Part shown: positions 7,862 to 17,714 of the stretch, piece after piece | How positions within the stretch are numbered: position 1 is the first letter of the stretch | Layout of the letters: every line of letters starts with the position of its first letter | From: Mageeibacillus sp. UBA1212 | GTDB lineage: Bacteria; Bacillota; Clostridia; UBA1212 | Length of the DNA stretch: 64,000 nucleotides | NCBI GenBank assembly: GCA_002309655.1 | Contig: DBXM01000002.1 | Span: 12,960-76,959 of the forward strand | Reading direction: 5' to 3' | Translations under genes and position numbers: made by a program | The notes under the pieces: model-generated | The model's database searches: none | Told to the model about the DNA's origin: nothing | Seen by the model: the letters and a program-made list of their open reading frames with translations, nothing else

Positions 7862-9460
7862 TCAGAGAACATTACAAGTAGCGATCTGCCCCCACGAGTT
7901 GTAGCACACGTGCACCTTCCCGTGGTTCGGGTCGCAGAACGGATCCAGCACAGGCTCCTCCAGCTCCGCGATCCTGTCGATCTCACCGTTAACGTAGCGT
8001 TCGATCCGTTTCGCCGCGTGTTCCAGCCGCATCAGCAAGCCGCCGAGCCTGATGTCGTGAACGTCGAATCCGTGGGGCTTGTTCTCCCACATCCACTGCT
8101 TCTCGAAGGCCTCGTGGAATTCACGAACGCGCCTGATCGCTTCGCGGTAGGTCCCCAGCAGCTGCATCAGGCCGGATTTGTCGCCGGTCAGGTAGAGCTC
8201 GCGGGTTCTCACACCCAGGTCGCTCTTGATTTCAAGCGCGGCGCAGAGCTTCGACATCGACTCGAAAACAGGCCCGAATTCCTCGTTTCCGCTGAATTTC
8301 GCGAGTTTTTCGCCGGCGGCCGCGTAGCGTTCGCCTTCGTCGCCCCTAATGAGCGAGTCCATGTTCCCGAGGAGCGGGTCGTTGTAGAGAAGGTACTTTT
8401 CGGCGTTGGAAATGCCCTCGACCGAAGGCGTGCCGGGAAGCTCGAGCAGATTGAAATCGTCGAACGCGATTCCGAACGTCTCCTCAAAGCCCTTCTTGAT
8501 CTCTTCGAAGTCGAAAACGCCGCGCGCGAACATCACCGCCGTGTAGAGCGCCGGAAGCACCGCGTATCGCGAAGACTCGCCGCCGTTGTCGCCCCAGACA
8601 GTCATAAACGCGTTCCTGACGCCGTGCTCGACGCAGGATTTGACGGCCGCCTCGGTGGTTTTGAAAGAATAGCTGTTGTGAGGCGTGAATCCGGTCCAGT
8701 TCCAGAGGCCGCCCGCGAACCAGATGTCGTCCTGAAGGCGCTTGTAGTTCTCGATCCGCGCGTCGTAGTGGCTCTTGTCGGTGGAATAGTAGTCCCAGTA
8801 GATCAGGCGCACGTTCGGCGGAATTTTGCCCGCGAGCGCCTTGTCGAACGCCGCCTTGTCCTCCGCCTGCCCGGTCAGCTTGTAGAACATGTCACCCCAC
8901 ATCACCAGCTCGAACCCGTACTTCGCCGCAATCTCCGCGACCCGCCTCAAGTGCTCGACAAGAATGTCCATCCTGTTGCAGGGTCCGTGTTCGCGAAAAT
9001 ACCTGCCCATGCCGATATATTCCGCCTCGTCCATGCCGATGTTGACGGTTCTGGCCGTAAAGCAGCTGTCGAGCGTGGCGAAAATGCGGTCGATAAGCGC
9101 GTAAACGTTCTCGTCTCCGGCGCACAGAATGTCGCCCATGTCCGCCAGCCTGCCGTAAACCGGCCAGCGCATCAGCGCGTTGAAGTGGGCAAGCGTCTGG
9201 ATGCACGGAAGCAGTTCGACGTGGTGCGCGTTTGCGTAAGCGTCCAGTTCCCTCAGTTCCGCCTTCGAGAAGCGCCCCCTGTGGTGGCCGAAATACGGTT
9301 CACCGTCGACCTCGTAGGTCTCCTCCGTGTAGAGCATCAGGAAATCGCAACCGAGTTTTTCGAGAATCCGCACGTACTTTTTGACGGACTCAACGTTCAT
9401 CACCGCGTCGCGGGAATTGTCAATCATCACACCGAACCGGTCAAAGCAGCTATTTAACAT
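7862..9460 (-). CDS. GH20 beta-N-acetylhexosaminidase (lacto-N-biosidase-like)
   Basis: 532 aa. TIM-barrel GH20 motifs (HHRGRFS, NIGMDEAEY, VMWGDM, W-rich C-terminal half). No signal peptide. Confidence 0.8.
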   Translation of the reverse strand: MLNSCFDRFGVMIDNSRDAVMNVESVKKYVRILEKLGCDFLMLYTEETYEVDGEPYFGHHRGRFSKAELRELDAYANAHHVELLPCIQTLAHFNALMRWPVYGRLADMGDILCAGDENVYALIDRIFATLDSCFTARTVNIGMDEAEYIGMGRYFREHGPCNRMDILVEHLRRVAEIAAKYGFELVMWGDMFYKLTGQAEDKAAFDKALAGKIPPNVRLIYWDYYSTDKSHYDARIENYKRLQDDIWFAGGLWNWTGFTPHNSYSFKTTEAAVKSCVEHGVRNAFMTVWGDNGGESSRYAVLPALYTAVMFARGVFDFEEIKKGFEETFGIAFDDFNLLELPGTPSVEGISNAEKYLLYNDPLLGNMDSLIRGDEGERYAAAGEKLAKFSGNEEFGPVFESMSKLCAALEIKSDLGVRTRELYLTGDKSGLMQLLGTYREAIRRVREFHEAFEKQWMWENKPHGFDVHDIRLGGLLMRLEHAAKRIERYVNGEIDRIAELEEPVLDPFCDPNHGKVHVCYNSWGQIATCNVL

Positions 9461-9599
9461 ATTAAAACCTCCGAAATGAATTCGTTACGTGTATATGATA
9501 CCACTTATCGGCCTTTTCATCAATAAAAAAGAACATCCGCGCCGGTGTTTTCGCGTGCGGATGCTCTTTCAGTTTTTTATTATGAAGCGTGCGTGAATC

Positions 9600-11372
9600 C
9601 TATTCGTCGCTGCCGGCGTAGTTCCTCACCGCGACCGTTTTGTAGTTGACGTAGACCGCTTTTCCCGGCTTGGAGCCGTGCGGCTTTTTCACGTGTTTGA
9701 CCCTGGTGTAGTCGACCTCGGCAAAACCCGCGTCCTTGAGGCTGCTGAATTTCGCCGCAGTTTTCGCCGCCTCCTCGACGTCGGCGGCTGTCACCTTCCC
9801 CGCGTTTTCGGACGCCCTTAGAATGACGTGCGAGCCGGGGGAATTCTTGACGTGGAACCAGATGTCGTCGGGGGCCGCGATTTTGTGGGTCAGGATGTCG
9901 TTCTGGGTGTTGTTGCGGCCGACCAGCACAGTCATTCCCGAACGGGTCGAAAGCGCGAGCCAACCGTCCTTTTTTACCGAAGGAGGCCTCTTTTTAAAGG
10001 ACGCGGAGCGTTTCTTCAGGAATCCGCCGTTCTCGAGCTCCTCTCTGATCTCGGCCGCAGCCATCGCGTCCGGGCAGTTCTCGATCGCGTATCCGACGCT
10101 CGCCAGGTACTCGAGGTCCGCCTCGGCCGCCGCAGCGTTGACGGAAGCGTTCTCGGTTTTGCTCTTTTTCCGCCTGTAAGTGCGGAAATAATTCTGAAGG
10201 TTTTTCGCCGGCGAAAGGTGGCTGTCGAGGTCGATCCTGATCTCCGGGCAGTCCTCCTCGAAATAGTTTTCGGCGTCAAGGAACTTTTCCCCGCCCTTCA
10301 GACGGTAGAGGTTGGCGGCAAGAATCTCTCCCTTTATTCTGTACTCTTCGCTGTCGGCGGCGCTTTCGATGTCCTCCCGGTAGATTTTCAGCTTCTTTTC
10401 GGTCCGTTCGACTGCCGCGGCGACCGCCTTCGAAAGCTCGGCCGTAACGTTCTTGCGATGCTGGGCCTCGTCACGCCCCGCGAAAAATCTGTCCATGCAG
10501 GCGCTGACCGTCCCGAACGGAATCACGCGGCACCCCGGTTTGGCTTCGACCTCGAGCGCGTAAAAATCCGTGAACGTCCCGTCCTCGTCCGCCGCGATGA
10601 CCGGCGAATAGCGGTTTTCGGAAACGCACTCCAGCACTTCCGCCAATGAGTTTATAAACGCCTCGAAAAGCGGTCCGTTCTCAAGAAGGTGCGCCACCTT
10701 TATGTCGGACTCGACCCCCGCCCTTCTCAGAATTCCCTCAGAGAGCGGCTTGCTGAAGCCCGAAAAACCGTTCAAAAGAAGCTTTCCTGCGGCTAAATCC
10801 GCGTTTTCCGGCGCCTTCATTAGCTCGACAAACTTTTCGAGAGCGCCGCCGTCCTGCGGAAGCAGCCTGTTTTGCGGCGGAGGCGGCGCGTAAATTCTCG
10901 CCGGCAGAACCTCCCTGTAGGAGCTCGTTCTCGAGTCCACGTGCCTGATTGCGTCGATGATGACCCCGCTTTGGTTGAGCAGAACGATGTTGCTGTAGCG
11001 GCCCATGATCTCGCATACGAGTGTCTTTTCGGTCAGGTCGCCCATCTCGGTGTAGGTCTCAAAACCAAGCCTCAGGATTCTGTCGCACTCGACCTGCGTA
11101 ACGGTTTTAAGCAGTGCGCCGGTCAGGTGCTTCCTCAAAATCATACAAAAAACCGGCGCGTTCATCGGATTCTCCTTGGACACGCCTGATATTCCTATGC
11201 GCGAATTCTGCGAACCGGCCGAGATCTTGATCCGGAAGTTGTCCGCGTTTTTACGCATTATTAAATCTATTTCGTCGCGTTCAGGCTGGAAAATTCTCGT
11301 AACCTTACCGCCGACGGCGATGCCGGCAATTTCCCACGCCGCGCATCTTGCCGCGATTCCGTCAAATGCCAT
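9600..11372 (-). CDS. rqcH: Rqc2 homolog RqcH (FbpA / NFACT family ribosome quality control protein)
   Basis: 590 aa with NFACT-N, coiled-coil and NFACT-R/C regions. Classic FbpA-like sequence (GxxxxRIxISxxxQNSR...). Confidence 0.85.
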   Translation of the reverse strand: MAFDGIAARCAAWEIAGIAVGGKVTRIFQPERDEIDLIMRKNADNFRIKISAGSQNSRIGISGVSKENPMNAPVFCMILRKHLTGALLKTVTQVECDRILRLGFETYTEMGDLTEKTLVCEIMGRYSNIVLLNQSGVIIDAIRHVDSRTSSYREVLPARIYAPPPPQNRLLPQDGGALEKFVELMKAPENADLAAGKLLLNGFSGFSKPLSEGILRRAGVESDIKVAHLLENGPLFEAFINSLAEVLECVSENRYSPVIAADEDGTFTDFYALEVEAKPGCRVIPFGTVSACMDRFFAGRDEAQHRKNVTAELSKAVAAAVERTEKKLKIYREDIESAADSEEYRIKGEILAANLYRLKGGEKFLDAENYFEEDCPEIRIDLDSHLSPAKNLQNYFRTYRRKKSKTENASVNAAAAEADLEYLASVGYAIENCPDAMAAAEIREELENGGFLKKRSASFKKRPPSVKKDGWLALSTRSGMTVLVGRNNTQNDILTHKIAAPDDIWFHVKNSPGSHVILRASENAGKVTAADVEEAAKTAAKFSSLKDAGFAEVDYTRVKHVKKPHGSKPGKAVYVNYKTVAVRNYAGSDE

Positions 11373-11412
11373 TGCTGCCTCTGTTCTTTAAGTTCACGCC
11401 TCGCCGGGAATG

Positions 11413-12327
11413 TCATTCCTCCGCTTGCGTATCGTTTTCGTTGTTTTCCGGGTCTTCGACTGAAGAAGGTTCTTCCGCCGGCGCTTCTTCAACCGGTACT
11501 TCCGCAGCAGGTTCGGTGTTGTCCGCAAGGGGTTCGTTTGCAGGATTTTCCGCGTTTTCCGGCTGTTTTTCCATCATTTCCGGCTGTTTTTCAGGAATCT
11601 CTTTCACGGGCTGCTCAGGTGCGACGTGGTCCCGCACCCGGCTCCGCGACAGCCTTCCCGACAGAATGTCGTTGAACGACTCCGGGTCGTCCGCCGGCAG
11701 AATCATAATCTTCACTGCCTTACTCAGCTTTTCAAGCATCGACAGCGCCGCGCCGAACGTGTCCGCCCTCTCGGGAACAGGCATCGCCGGTACCAGGCCG
11801 TCAAGAACCGCCTTCCTGTCAGCGATTTCGGAGTTTCCCGTTTCGGTGAGAATGCAGATGCCGGCCAGCGGGGTCTTGGTGCTCTGGGTCTTCTGCCTCG
11901 ACCACGGCGTCGAATAGATGAAGAACCTCCCGAGCTCGTTTCTGATCAGCGCGTAGGAGTCGTCAATGACCTTCGCCTGTCCGCTCGCGGTGATCTCCTC
12001 AATGTACTCGTCGCGTTCCCCTTCCGACTCGGCCGTAACAACGTACGCGTTCGAACCGATCTTCAGCGTTGTGCCTTTCAGCGCGAACCCGTCAAACTCG
12101 GACATGCACTCGAAAAAGCGCTCCGCCGAGAGCCTGAATTTCGCGTTTTCCTGGCTGTAACCGGTGTATTTCTGGCAGAAAGTCTTGAGCTCGAGGTCCG
12201 TGATCTTGACGGTAATGTCGGGCTCGCACCTGAAATCGTACCTGAACGCGTCCGTGGTGCGGATGAGTTTTTTGCAGTCCGTATCGATTTTAGTATTTAT
12301 ATCGGCAATGCTTGTTTTAATAATCAT
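11413..12327 (-). CDS. Hypothetical protein with acidic, proline/glutamate-rich disordered C-terminal tail
   Basis: 304 aa ORF with plausible RBS (GGAGCAGGA). No family recognised from sequence. Confidence 0.5.
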   Translation of the reverse strand: MIIKTSIADINTKIDTDCKKLIRTTDAFRYDFRCEPDITVKITDLELKTFCQKYTGYSQENAKFRLSAERFFECMSEFDGFALKGTTLKIGSNAYVVTAESEGERDEYIEEITASGQAKVIDDSYALIRNELGRFFIYSTPWSRQKTQSTKTPLAGICILTETGNSEIADRKAVLDGLVPAMPVPERADTFGAALSMLEKLSKAVKIMILPADDPESFNDILSGRLSRSRVRDHVAPEQPVKEIPEKQPEMMEKQPENAENPANEPLADNTEPAAEVPVEEAPAEEPSSVEDPENNENDTQAEE

Positions 12328-12429
12328 TGTCCTGCTCCGTTTCGCAATCCGGCCGGCATTCGTGAATTTCAGCCTACGAAAGCCGGTTTTGTCTTTAGTT
12401 AAAAATGATTCTGTATTTCTTGAAGCACG

Positions 12430-13074
12430 TCAGAATTTCAGAGAATTCACGGCGATTCCGAGGTCTTCGCTGCGGAAAAGGTACGACCCCGCGACAAGAA
12501 TGTCCGCTCCCGCTCCGGCCGCCTTCCTCCCGGTTTCGGCGTTGATGCCGCCGTCCACCTCAATAAGGAATTCCAGCCCGCGCCGCCTCCTGACGTCGGC
12601 GGCTCTCCTAATCTTGTCCGTCACACTGTCGATGTAACTCTGCCCGCCGAAGCCCGGGTTCACGGTCATCAAAAGAAGCAAATCCGCAACCGGAAGCACC
12701 TCTTCGACCGCGGTCAGCGGCGTTCCCGGATTGATCGCCACGCCCGCCTTCGCGCCGGTCGCCTTGATCTGGTGGAGCAGCCTGTCGAGGTGGTTGGTCG
12801 CCTCCGCGTGGACCGTAATGATGTCCGCGCCGGCGTTTCTGAAATCCTCCACGTAGCGTTCCGGATGTTCGATCATCAGGTGAACGTCGAACGGCGCCCT
12901 TCTCGAGGCGGAGACGCACTTTATAACAGGCGCCCCGAACGTGATGTTGGGCACGAACGCGCCGTCCATTACATCGAGATGGATATAGTCGGAACCGGCC
13001 TGCACGGCACGGTAGATCTCATATCCCAGCTCCGAAAAATCGCATGAAAGCATTGACGCTGCGACAAAGTTCAT
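12430..13074 (-). CDS. rpe: Ribulose-phosphate 3-epimerase
   Basis: 214 aa. HLDVMDG...HLMI...VDGG motifs. Confidence 0.9.
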   Translation of the reverse strand: MNFVAASMLSCDFSELGYEIYRAVQAGSDYIHLDVMDGAFVPNITFGAPVIKCVSASRRAPFDVHLMIEHPERYVEDFRNAGADIITVHAEATNHLDRLLHQIKATGAKAGVAINPGTPLTAVEEVLPVADLLLLMTVNPGFGGQSYIDSVTDKIRRAADVRRRRGLEFLIEVDGGINAETGRKAAGAGADILVAGSYLFRSEDLGIAVNSLKF

Positions 13075-13144
13075 ATTATCCTCCGCTGATGTCTTAACGC
13101 ACTCCTTAACGCACTTCTTATTAAGAGACCGTTATAGGCGCTTA

Positions 13145-14038
13145 CTACTTGTATTTGTTTCTGTCCCGCTCCTTGAGCTCCGCGTAGATTTTCAGATACC
13201 GCTCGTACCTTCCCGCGGACATCTCGCCGTCACTTAAAAGCCCCTCGACGAAGCACCCCGGCTCGCCCGTGTGGCTGCAGTCCTGGAACCTGCACGCCGC
13301 GTTTTCGCGCCTCATCTCCGGATAGAAGCCGGACAGTTCCCTGCTCTCGAAATCCATCGCGTCGAAAAGGCTGAACCCCGGTGAGTCGATCAGAAACCGT
13401 CCGTTCCCGATCTCGAACATCTCCGAGTGGCGGGTCGTGTGTTTGCCGCGTTCGATCTTTTTCGTGAGCTCGCCTGTGGTCATCGCCTCTTTTGACAGAA
13501 GCCGGTTCGTGAGCGTCGACTTGCCGACGCCGGACTGACCCGACAGCACCGTGACCCCTTCGGGAAGCGCATTCTTGACCGTTTCCGCCTCTTCCGCGGA
13601 CCTTTCACCTGTCATCGACACCGCGAAAACGCCGAAGTCGACGCAGTTTTTGTACTGATTTTTGATATCCTCGGCCGCCTCTCCGTCACGGTCCGCCTTG
13701 TTGATGACGAGCATCGTGCCGATGCCCTTGGACACCGAGACCGCCATCAGCTTGTCGAGAAGCAGCAGATCCGGCTTGGGGTTCGCGGCGGCGATAATGA
13801 AGAGCGCGCAGTCGACGTTCGCGACCGCGGGGCGCACGAGGGAATTCTTTCGCGGCAGAATATCGGAAATCACGTAGTCCGAAGTCTCGCCGCCGTCCTT
13901 CGAGAGGATCACGTTGTCGCCGATCATCGGCTTGACCGCGTTTTTCCGGAAAATGCCGCGCGGCTTCGCGTAAATATTCCCCGCCGGCGTGGCGACGCAG
14001 TAGAGCCCGCCTATTCCCTTGACAATCTTTCCGTTCAA
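13145..14038 (-). CDS. rsgA: Ribosome small-subunit-dependent GTPase A
   Basis: 297 aa. Circularly permuted GTPase motifs and C-terminal zinc finger CRFQDCSHTGEPGC. Confidence 0.9.
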   Translation of the reverse strand: MNGKIVKGIGGLYCVATPAGNIYAKPRGIFRKNAVKPMIGDNVILSKDGGETSDYVISDILPRKNSLVRPAVANVDCALFIIAAANPKPDLLLLDKLMAVSVSKGIGTMLVINKADRDGEAAEDIKNQYKNCVDFGVFAVSMTGERSAEEAETVKNALPEGVTVLSGQSGVGKSTLTNRLLSKEAMTTGELTKKIERGKHTTRHSEMFEIGNGRFLIDSPGFSLFDAMDFESRELSGFYPEMRRENAACRFQDCSHTGEPGCFVEGLLSDGEMSAGRYERYLKIYAELKERDRNKYK

Positions 14039-14095
14039 GCTTTAATTATCTCCTCAAAACGCACGAAAATTCACGGTATAAACCCGGATCGACTT

Positions 14096-16609
14096 TTACG
14101 GATTAGACCCCTTCGGCGTCGCGGAAGGCGTGGGAGTCGGTGAAGGCGTAGTCGTGGGCTCCTCTGTCGGAACCGGCGTCGGAACCATCTGCTCCTTCGT
14201 CCTGTTCACAATGCGCATTTCGTAAACGTTCCTGACGTCGTTCAGGTAGATGTACATTTTCGTCTCGGTCTCGCCCCAGTTGAACGGAACGGGAATCTCG
14301 AGTGGGAATTCCTCCTCGCGAACGTTGCTGAAGGAAGTCATCAGCTTGTCGCCGTTCTGGAGCACGAAATCGACCTTCACCAGCGCAACGGCGCCCCGCG
14401 AGAGCCTGTCGTACGGACATTCGAGCGTTACAGTGACCGGAACTGAAACTCTGTCGAGTTCAGCTTTGTCGTAAAAATAGAGGAAAACTTCGGATCCGCG
14501 GTACACCTCGGTGCCTGCCGGCGGGTACTGCGCCACAACGTACATCTCCGCCTTGTACGGGTTCGGCGTCGCGGTCGGAGTGGGCGTGGGCGTGTCGGTC
14601 GGCTCAGGCGTGTCGGTCGGAACTTCTGTCGGCGTCTCGGTGGGCGTCTCGGCCGGCTCCCCGGTTTCGGTCGGCTCCTCGGTATCCCCTGCGGGTTTCT
14701 TCGTGGGCTCTTCCGTCGGCTCCGGCGTGTCCGTGGGCTCCTCGGTGGGCTCCGGTGTCGGCGTAGGCGTGGGCGTCGGTGTCGCAAAATAGATCGAGAT
14801 GTCCTCGCCCGGGTTCGGGTACATTCCGCCGACCTTCAGACCGGAGTTCACGACCATCTGATACGCCTCGGAATAGGTCATCGGCTGGTCCGCCGTCCCT
14901 ACGAGATTCGGCACCACGACGTAGTCGCCGACGTTCCCCATGCTTACGTAAAGCGTCACAGTGTCGCCTTTTTTGACAGTTTCGCCCGCGGAAGGCTTCA
15001 TTTTCAGAACGGTTCCGGTTCCCTGGGTGCCGGGCACCTCGACCTCTTCGACGTTCAGTCCGAGATTTTCGAGTGCGCCGCGGGCGATCCTGGAGGACCT
15101 TCCCGTGTAGTCGGTGAGAATTTCCGAGTCTTTTTCAAGAATGACGTTAAGCGTGATCGTGTCGCCCTTCGTCAGCTCGGTGCCCTCGGTAATGTTCTGA
15201 GTGAGAACGTAGCCCGACGGATAGATGTCCGACTCGACCCTGACGATCTTGCACGCGATACCGTTGTCGGAGAGCATCTTGACGATATCCGACGCCGGGT
15301 AGCCCTCGTAGTTCTGAACGATATAGGTCTTTTCGATTTCGCCCGCGTTGTTTTGGAGCTTGTTGTCCTTGTAGTAGTTGATCAGGAACCAGATGATTCC
15401 CGCGGCCGCGAAGATTGCGATAACATACACGAACGCGGTCAGCACCACTGCGCCGGCCCTTCCGCGCTTTCTGCCGCGGTTGTCCTCTTCCTCTTCTTCG
15501 GGGTTTTCCTCGTAGGCTGAAACGTCGCCGGAGACGGAGCTTGAAACCTTCGCGGTCTTGTCCTTTTTCTCCTTCACGGTCCGCTCGCCGCCGTCGTTTT
15601 TACCGTTGCCGGTGCCGGTTTTGGCGGTTTTTGCGGCTGCTGCGGCTTTTGCCTGATTTTCGGCCTTGTTCGGGTCCTTTTTGACGCGTTTGTGCGCGTT
15701 TTCCGCCTTCGCGAGCGCGCTGTCCTCGGAAATGATACCGTTGTCGACCATGTACTGCGCCGGCACGAGAATCTGATCCGGGTCCTTTACGGCAATGTTC
15801 AGCGCCTGGAGCATGTCCTCCGCGGTCTGGAAGCGCTTGTTCACCTCGCGCATCGTCGCCACGACGACCACGTCGCTGATTGCTCTCGGAACCGACTCGT
15901 CCACCACGCACGCGGGAATCACGTTGTTGTTCGTGTGCTTCATCGCGATGGCGTAGTTCGTGCTTCCGTCGAACGGCACGGCGCCCACCAGCATTTCATA
16001 GAACGTGATTCCGAGCGAGTAGATGTCGCTCCTGACATCTACCGTTCCGTTTCTCGCCTGCTCCGGCGACATATAATAGACCGAGCACGCGCCGTCGGCC
16101 GCAACGATCGTATTCGTGTTCGCACTCGTCTCCGCGATGCCGAAGTCGGTCAGCGTGACGTGCTTTTTCTCGTCGACAAGAATGTTCTGCGGCTTGATGT
16201 CCTTGTGGATCACTCCGTGGGAGTGCGTATAGCAAAGAGCCGCCAGCACCTGCCTGATAATGTCCACGCAGTCGCGCCATTCAAGCGCTCCGCCCTGCGC
16301 GATAAGATCGTCCAGCGTCACGCCGTCGATCTTCTCCATGGCGATGTAGTGGCAGCCCTCGTAGTGGCCCAGCCCGTAAACCTTGACTATGTTCGGATGG
16401 TGGAGGTTGCTGACGTTCGACGCCTCTCTCTGAAGCCGCTCGACCTGCTCCGCGTCCCTCGAAAAATCGCTTTTAAGAACCTTCAGCGCCACGTCGATAC
16501 CGAGAACGATATCCTTCGCCTCGTAAACAACAGACATGCCGCCCGCTCCGATCAGCCGGCCGACTTCGTACCTGTCGTTGAGTATGGTTCCTTCGTTGAT
16601 TATATCCAT
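14096..16609 (-). CDS. prkC: PASTA-domain Ser/Thr protein kinase PrkC
   Basis: 837 aa. Hanks kinase domain (HRDIKPQNIL, DFG), TM, three PASTA repeats, PT-rich linker and an extra C-terminal beta domain. Confidence 0.9.
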   Translation of the reverse strand: MDIINEGTILNDRYEVGRLIGAGGMSVVYEAKDIVLGIDVALKVLKSDFSRDAEQVERLQREASNVSNLHHPNIVKVYGLGHYEGCHYIAMEKIDGVTLDDLIAQGGALEWRDCVDIIRQVLAALCYTHSHGVIHKDIKPQNILVDEKKHVTLTDFGIAETSANTNTIVAADGACSVYYMSPEQARNGTVDVRSDIYSLGITFYEMLVGAVPFDGSTNYAIAMKHTNNNVIPACVVDESVPRAISDVVVVATMREVNKRFQTAEDMLQALNIAVKDPDQILVPAQYMVDNGIISEDSALAKAENAHKRVKKDPNKAENQAKAAAAAKTAKTGTGNGKNDGGERTVKEKKDKTAKVSSSVSGDVSAYEENPEEEEEDNRGRKRGRAGAVVLTAFVYVIAIFAAAGIIWFLINYYKDNKLQNNAGEIEKTYIVQNYEGYPASDIVKMLSDNGIACKIVRVESDIYPSGYVLTQNITEGTELTKGDTITLNVILEKDSEILTDYTGRSSRIARGALENLGLNVEEVEVPGTQGTGTVLKMKPSAGETVKKGDTVTLYVSMGNVGDYVVVPNLVGTADQPMTYSEAYQMVVNSGLKVGGMYPNPGEDISIYFATPTPTPTPTPEPTEEPTDTPEPTEEPTKKPAGDTEEPTETGEPAETPTETPTEVPTDTPEPTDTPTPTPTATPNPYKAEMYVVAQYPPAGTEVYRGSEVFLYFYDKAELDRVSVPVTVTLECPYDRLSRGAVALVKVDFVLQNGDKLMTSFSNVREEEFPLEIPVPFNWGETETKMYIYLNDVRNVYEMRIVNRTKEQMVPTPVPTEEPTTTPSPTPTPSATPKGSNP
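14540..14785 (-). repeat. Low-complexity coding repeat encoding the Pro-Thr/Glu linker (PTPTPTPEPTEEPTDTPEPTEEPT...) of PrkC
   Basis: GTGGGCGTGGGCGTGTCGGTCGGCTC-type degenerate repeats on the plus strand. A second short PT tract lies at the protein C-terminus (about 14096-14185). Confidence 0.6.
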
Positions 16610-16654
16610 AAAACTTCACCCTGCGGCGTCCTTGTTAAGGTTTCGCCTGCAATC

Positions 16655-17401
16655 TTACATTTTTACCGCCGCGACCGTAATGTCGTCCTCGCTTCCGCAA
16701 CCGAGTGCGGTATAGACGAGCGCTTCGCACATTCTGTCCATACGCTTTCCCGAATTGTCGGAGATCACCGAGTAGAGCTCGACCGGATCAACCGCGGCCG
16801 ACAGCCCGTCGCTGCAAAGCAGGAAAATGTCTCCTCTTTTGTGTTCGACTTCGTAGCAGTCCGGCTCGGTGCAGCCGATCTTTGCCAGGAAGCCCATTGC
16901 CTTTGTGACGGCGTTGTTGAAAAGGTACTTCCGCGTCTCTTCGGGCGTGTACCCCTTCTCTATCATCAGCTGCGCGACCGAATGGTCTCTCGTCACCTGA
17001 AGAAGCCTGCCGCCGTCGAAGTGGTAGCATCTGCTGTCGCCCACGTTGCAGACGACCGCGTTGTTTTCGCTCTCTATCACGGCGAGAAGCACGAGCGTCG
17101 CGCCCATGTTTTTGCAAAGAATGTCATCCGCCGCGTGTTTTGTAATGTCCGAATCGACAGAAACCACCGTCTCCGTAAGGAATTCGCGCAAATGCTCGAC
17201 GCCGCCGTACGTGTACTTCGAGGCGGCGGCGCAGATACCGTCAACGGTCATCCGGCTGGCAACGTCGCCTGCCAGGTGGCCGCCCATTCCGTCGGACACA
17301 ACCAGGAATTTCACGAGTCCGTCAGCGGATACCGTTCCGCCGAAGCTGTCCTCGTTGACTCTCTTTTTGTATCCCGTCCTGCTGATCGCAAAACTGTCCA
17401 T
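16655..17401 (-). CDS. stp: PP2C-family Ser/Thr phosphatase Stp (PrpC)
   Basis: Start reassigned to ATG at 17401 (MDSFAISRTGYKKRVNEDSF), preceded by GGAAAGGAGG. The track ORF extends 84 codons upstream without an RBS. DGMGGH motif. Confidence 0.85.
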   Translation of the reverse strand: MDSFAISRTGYKKRVNEDSFGGTVSADGLVKFLVVSDGMGGHLAGDVASRMTVDGICAAASKYTYGGVEHLREFLTETVVSVDSDITKHAADDILCKNMGATLVLLAVIESENNAVVCNVGDSRCYHFDGGRLLQVTRDHSVAQLMIEKGYTPEETRKYLFNNAVTKAMGFLAKIGCTEPDCYEVEHKRGDIFLLCSDGLSAAVDPVELYSVISDNSGKRMDRMCEALVYTALGCGSEDDITVAAVKM

Positions 17402-17714
17402 GAATGGCGCCTCCTTTCCGGAACGTCCGTGCCGTGCTTCCGCATCGTGAACGGTCCCGGGAGCGGTCCCGCAAGCCAAAGCCTGTTCCGGCCTGCCGCG
17501 GGAAGATCTGTCTCTTCTTTTCGCATTACCTCTTTCTCTTTTGTAAATTGCGTCCGCCTTTGAAGTCTTCGTCTCCGCCCCATTGCGAACGCCTGCGCGC
17601 TTAATATGTGCGCTGTAATATTTTATTATACACAACGCGCGCCCGTTTAACAATCGGATTTTCGCCCTGATTTAGCGAAAATATTCTGTTTCCGGCGGTT
17701 TTCGGGAATGAATT

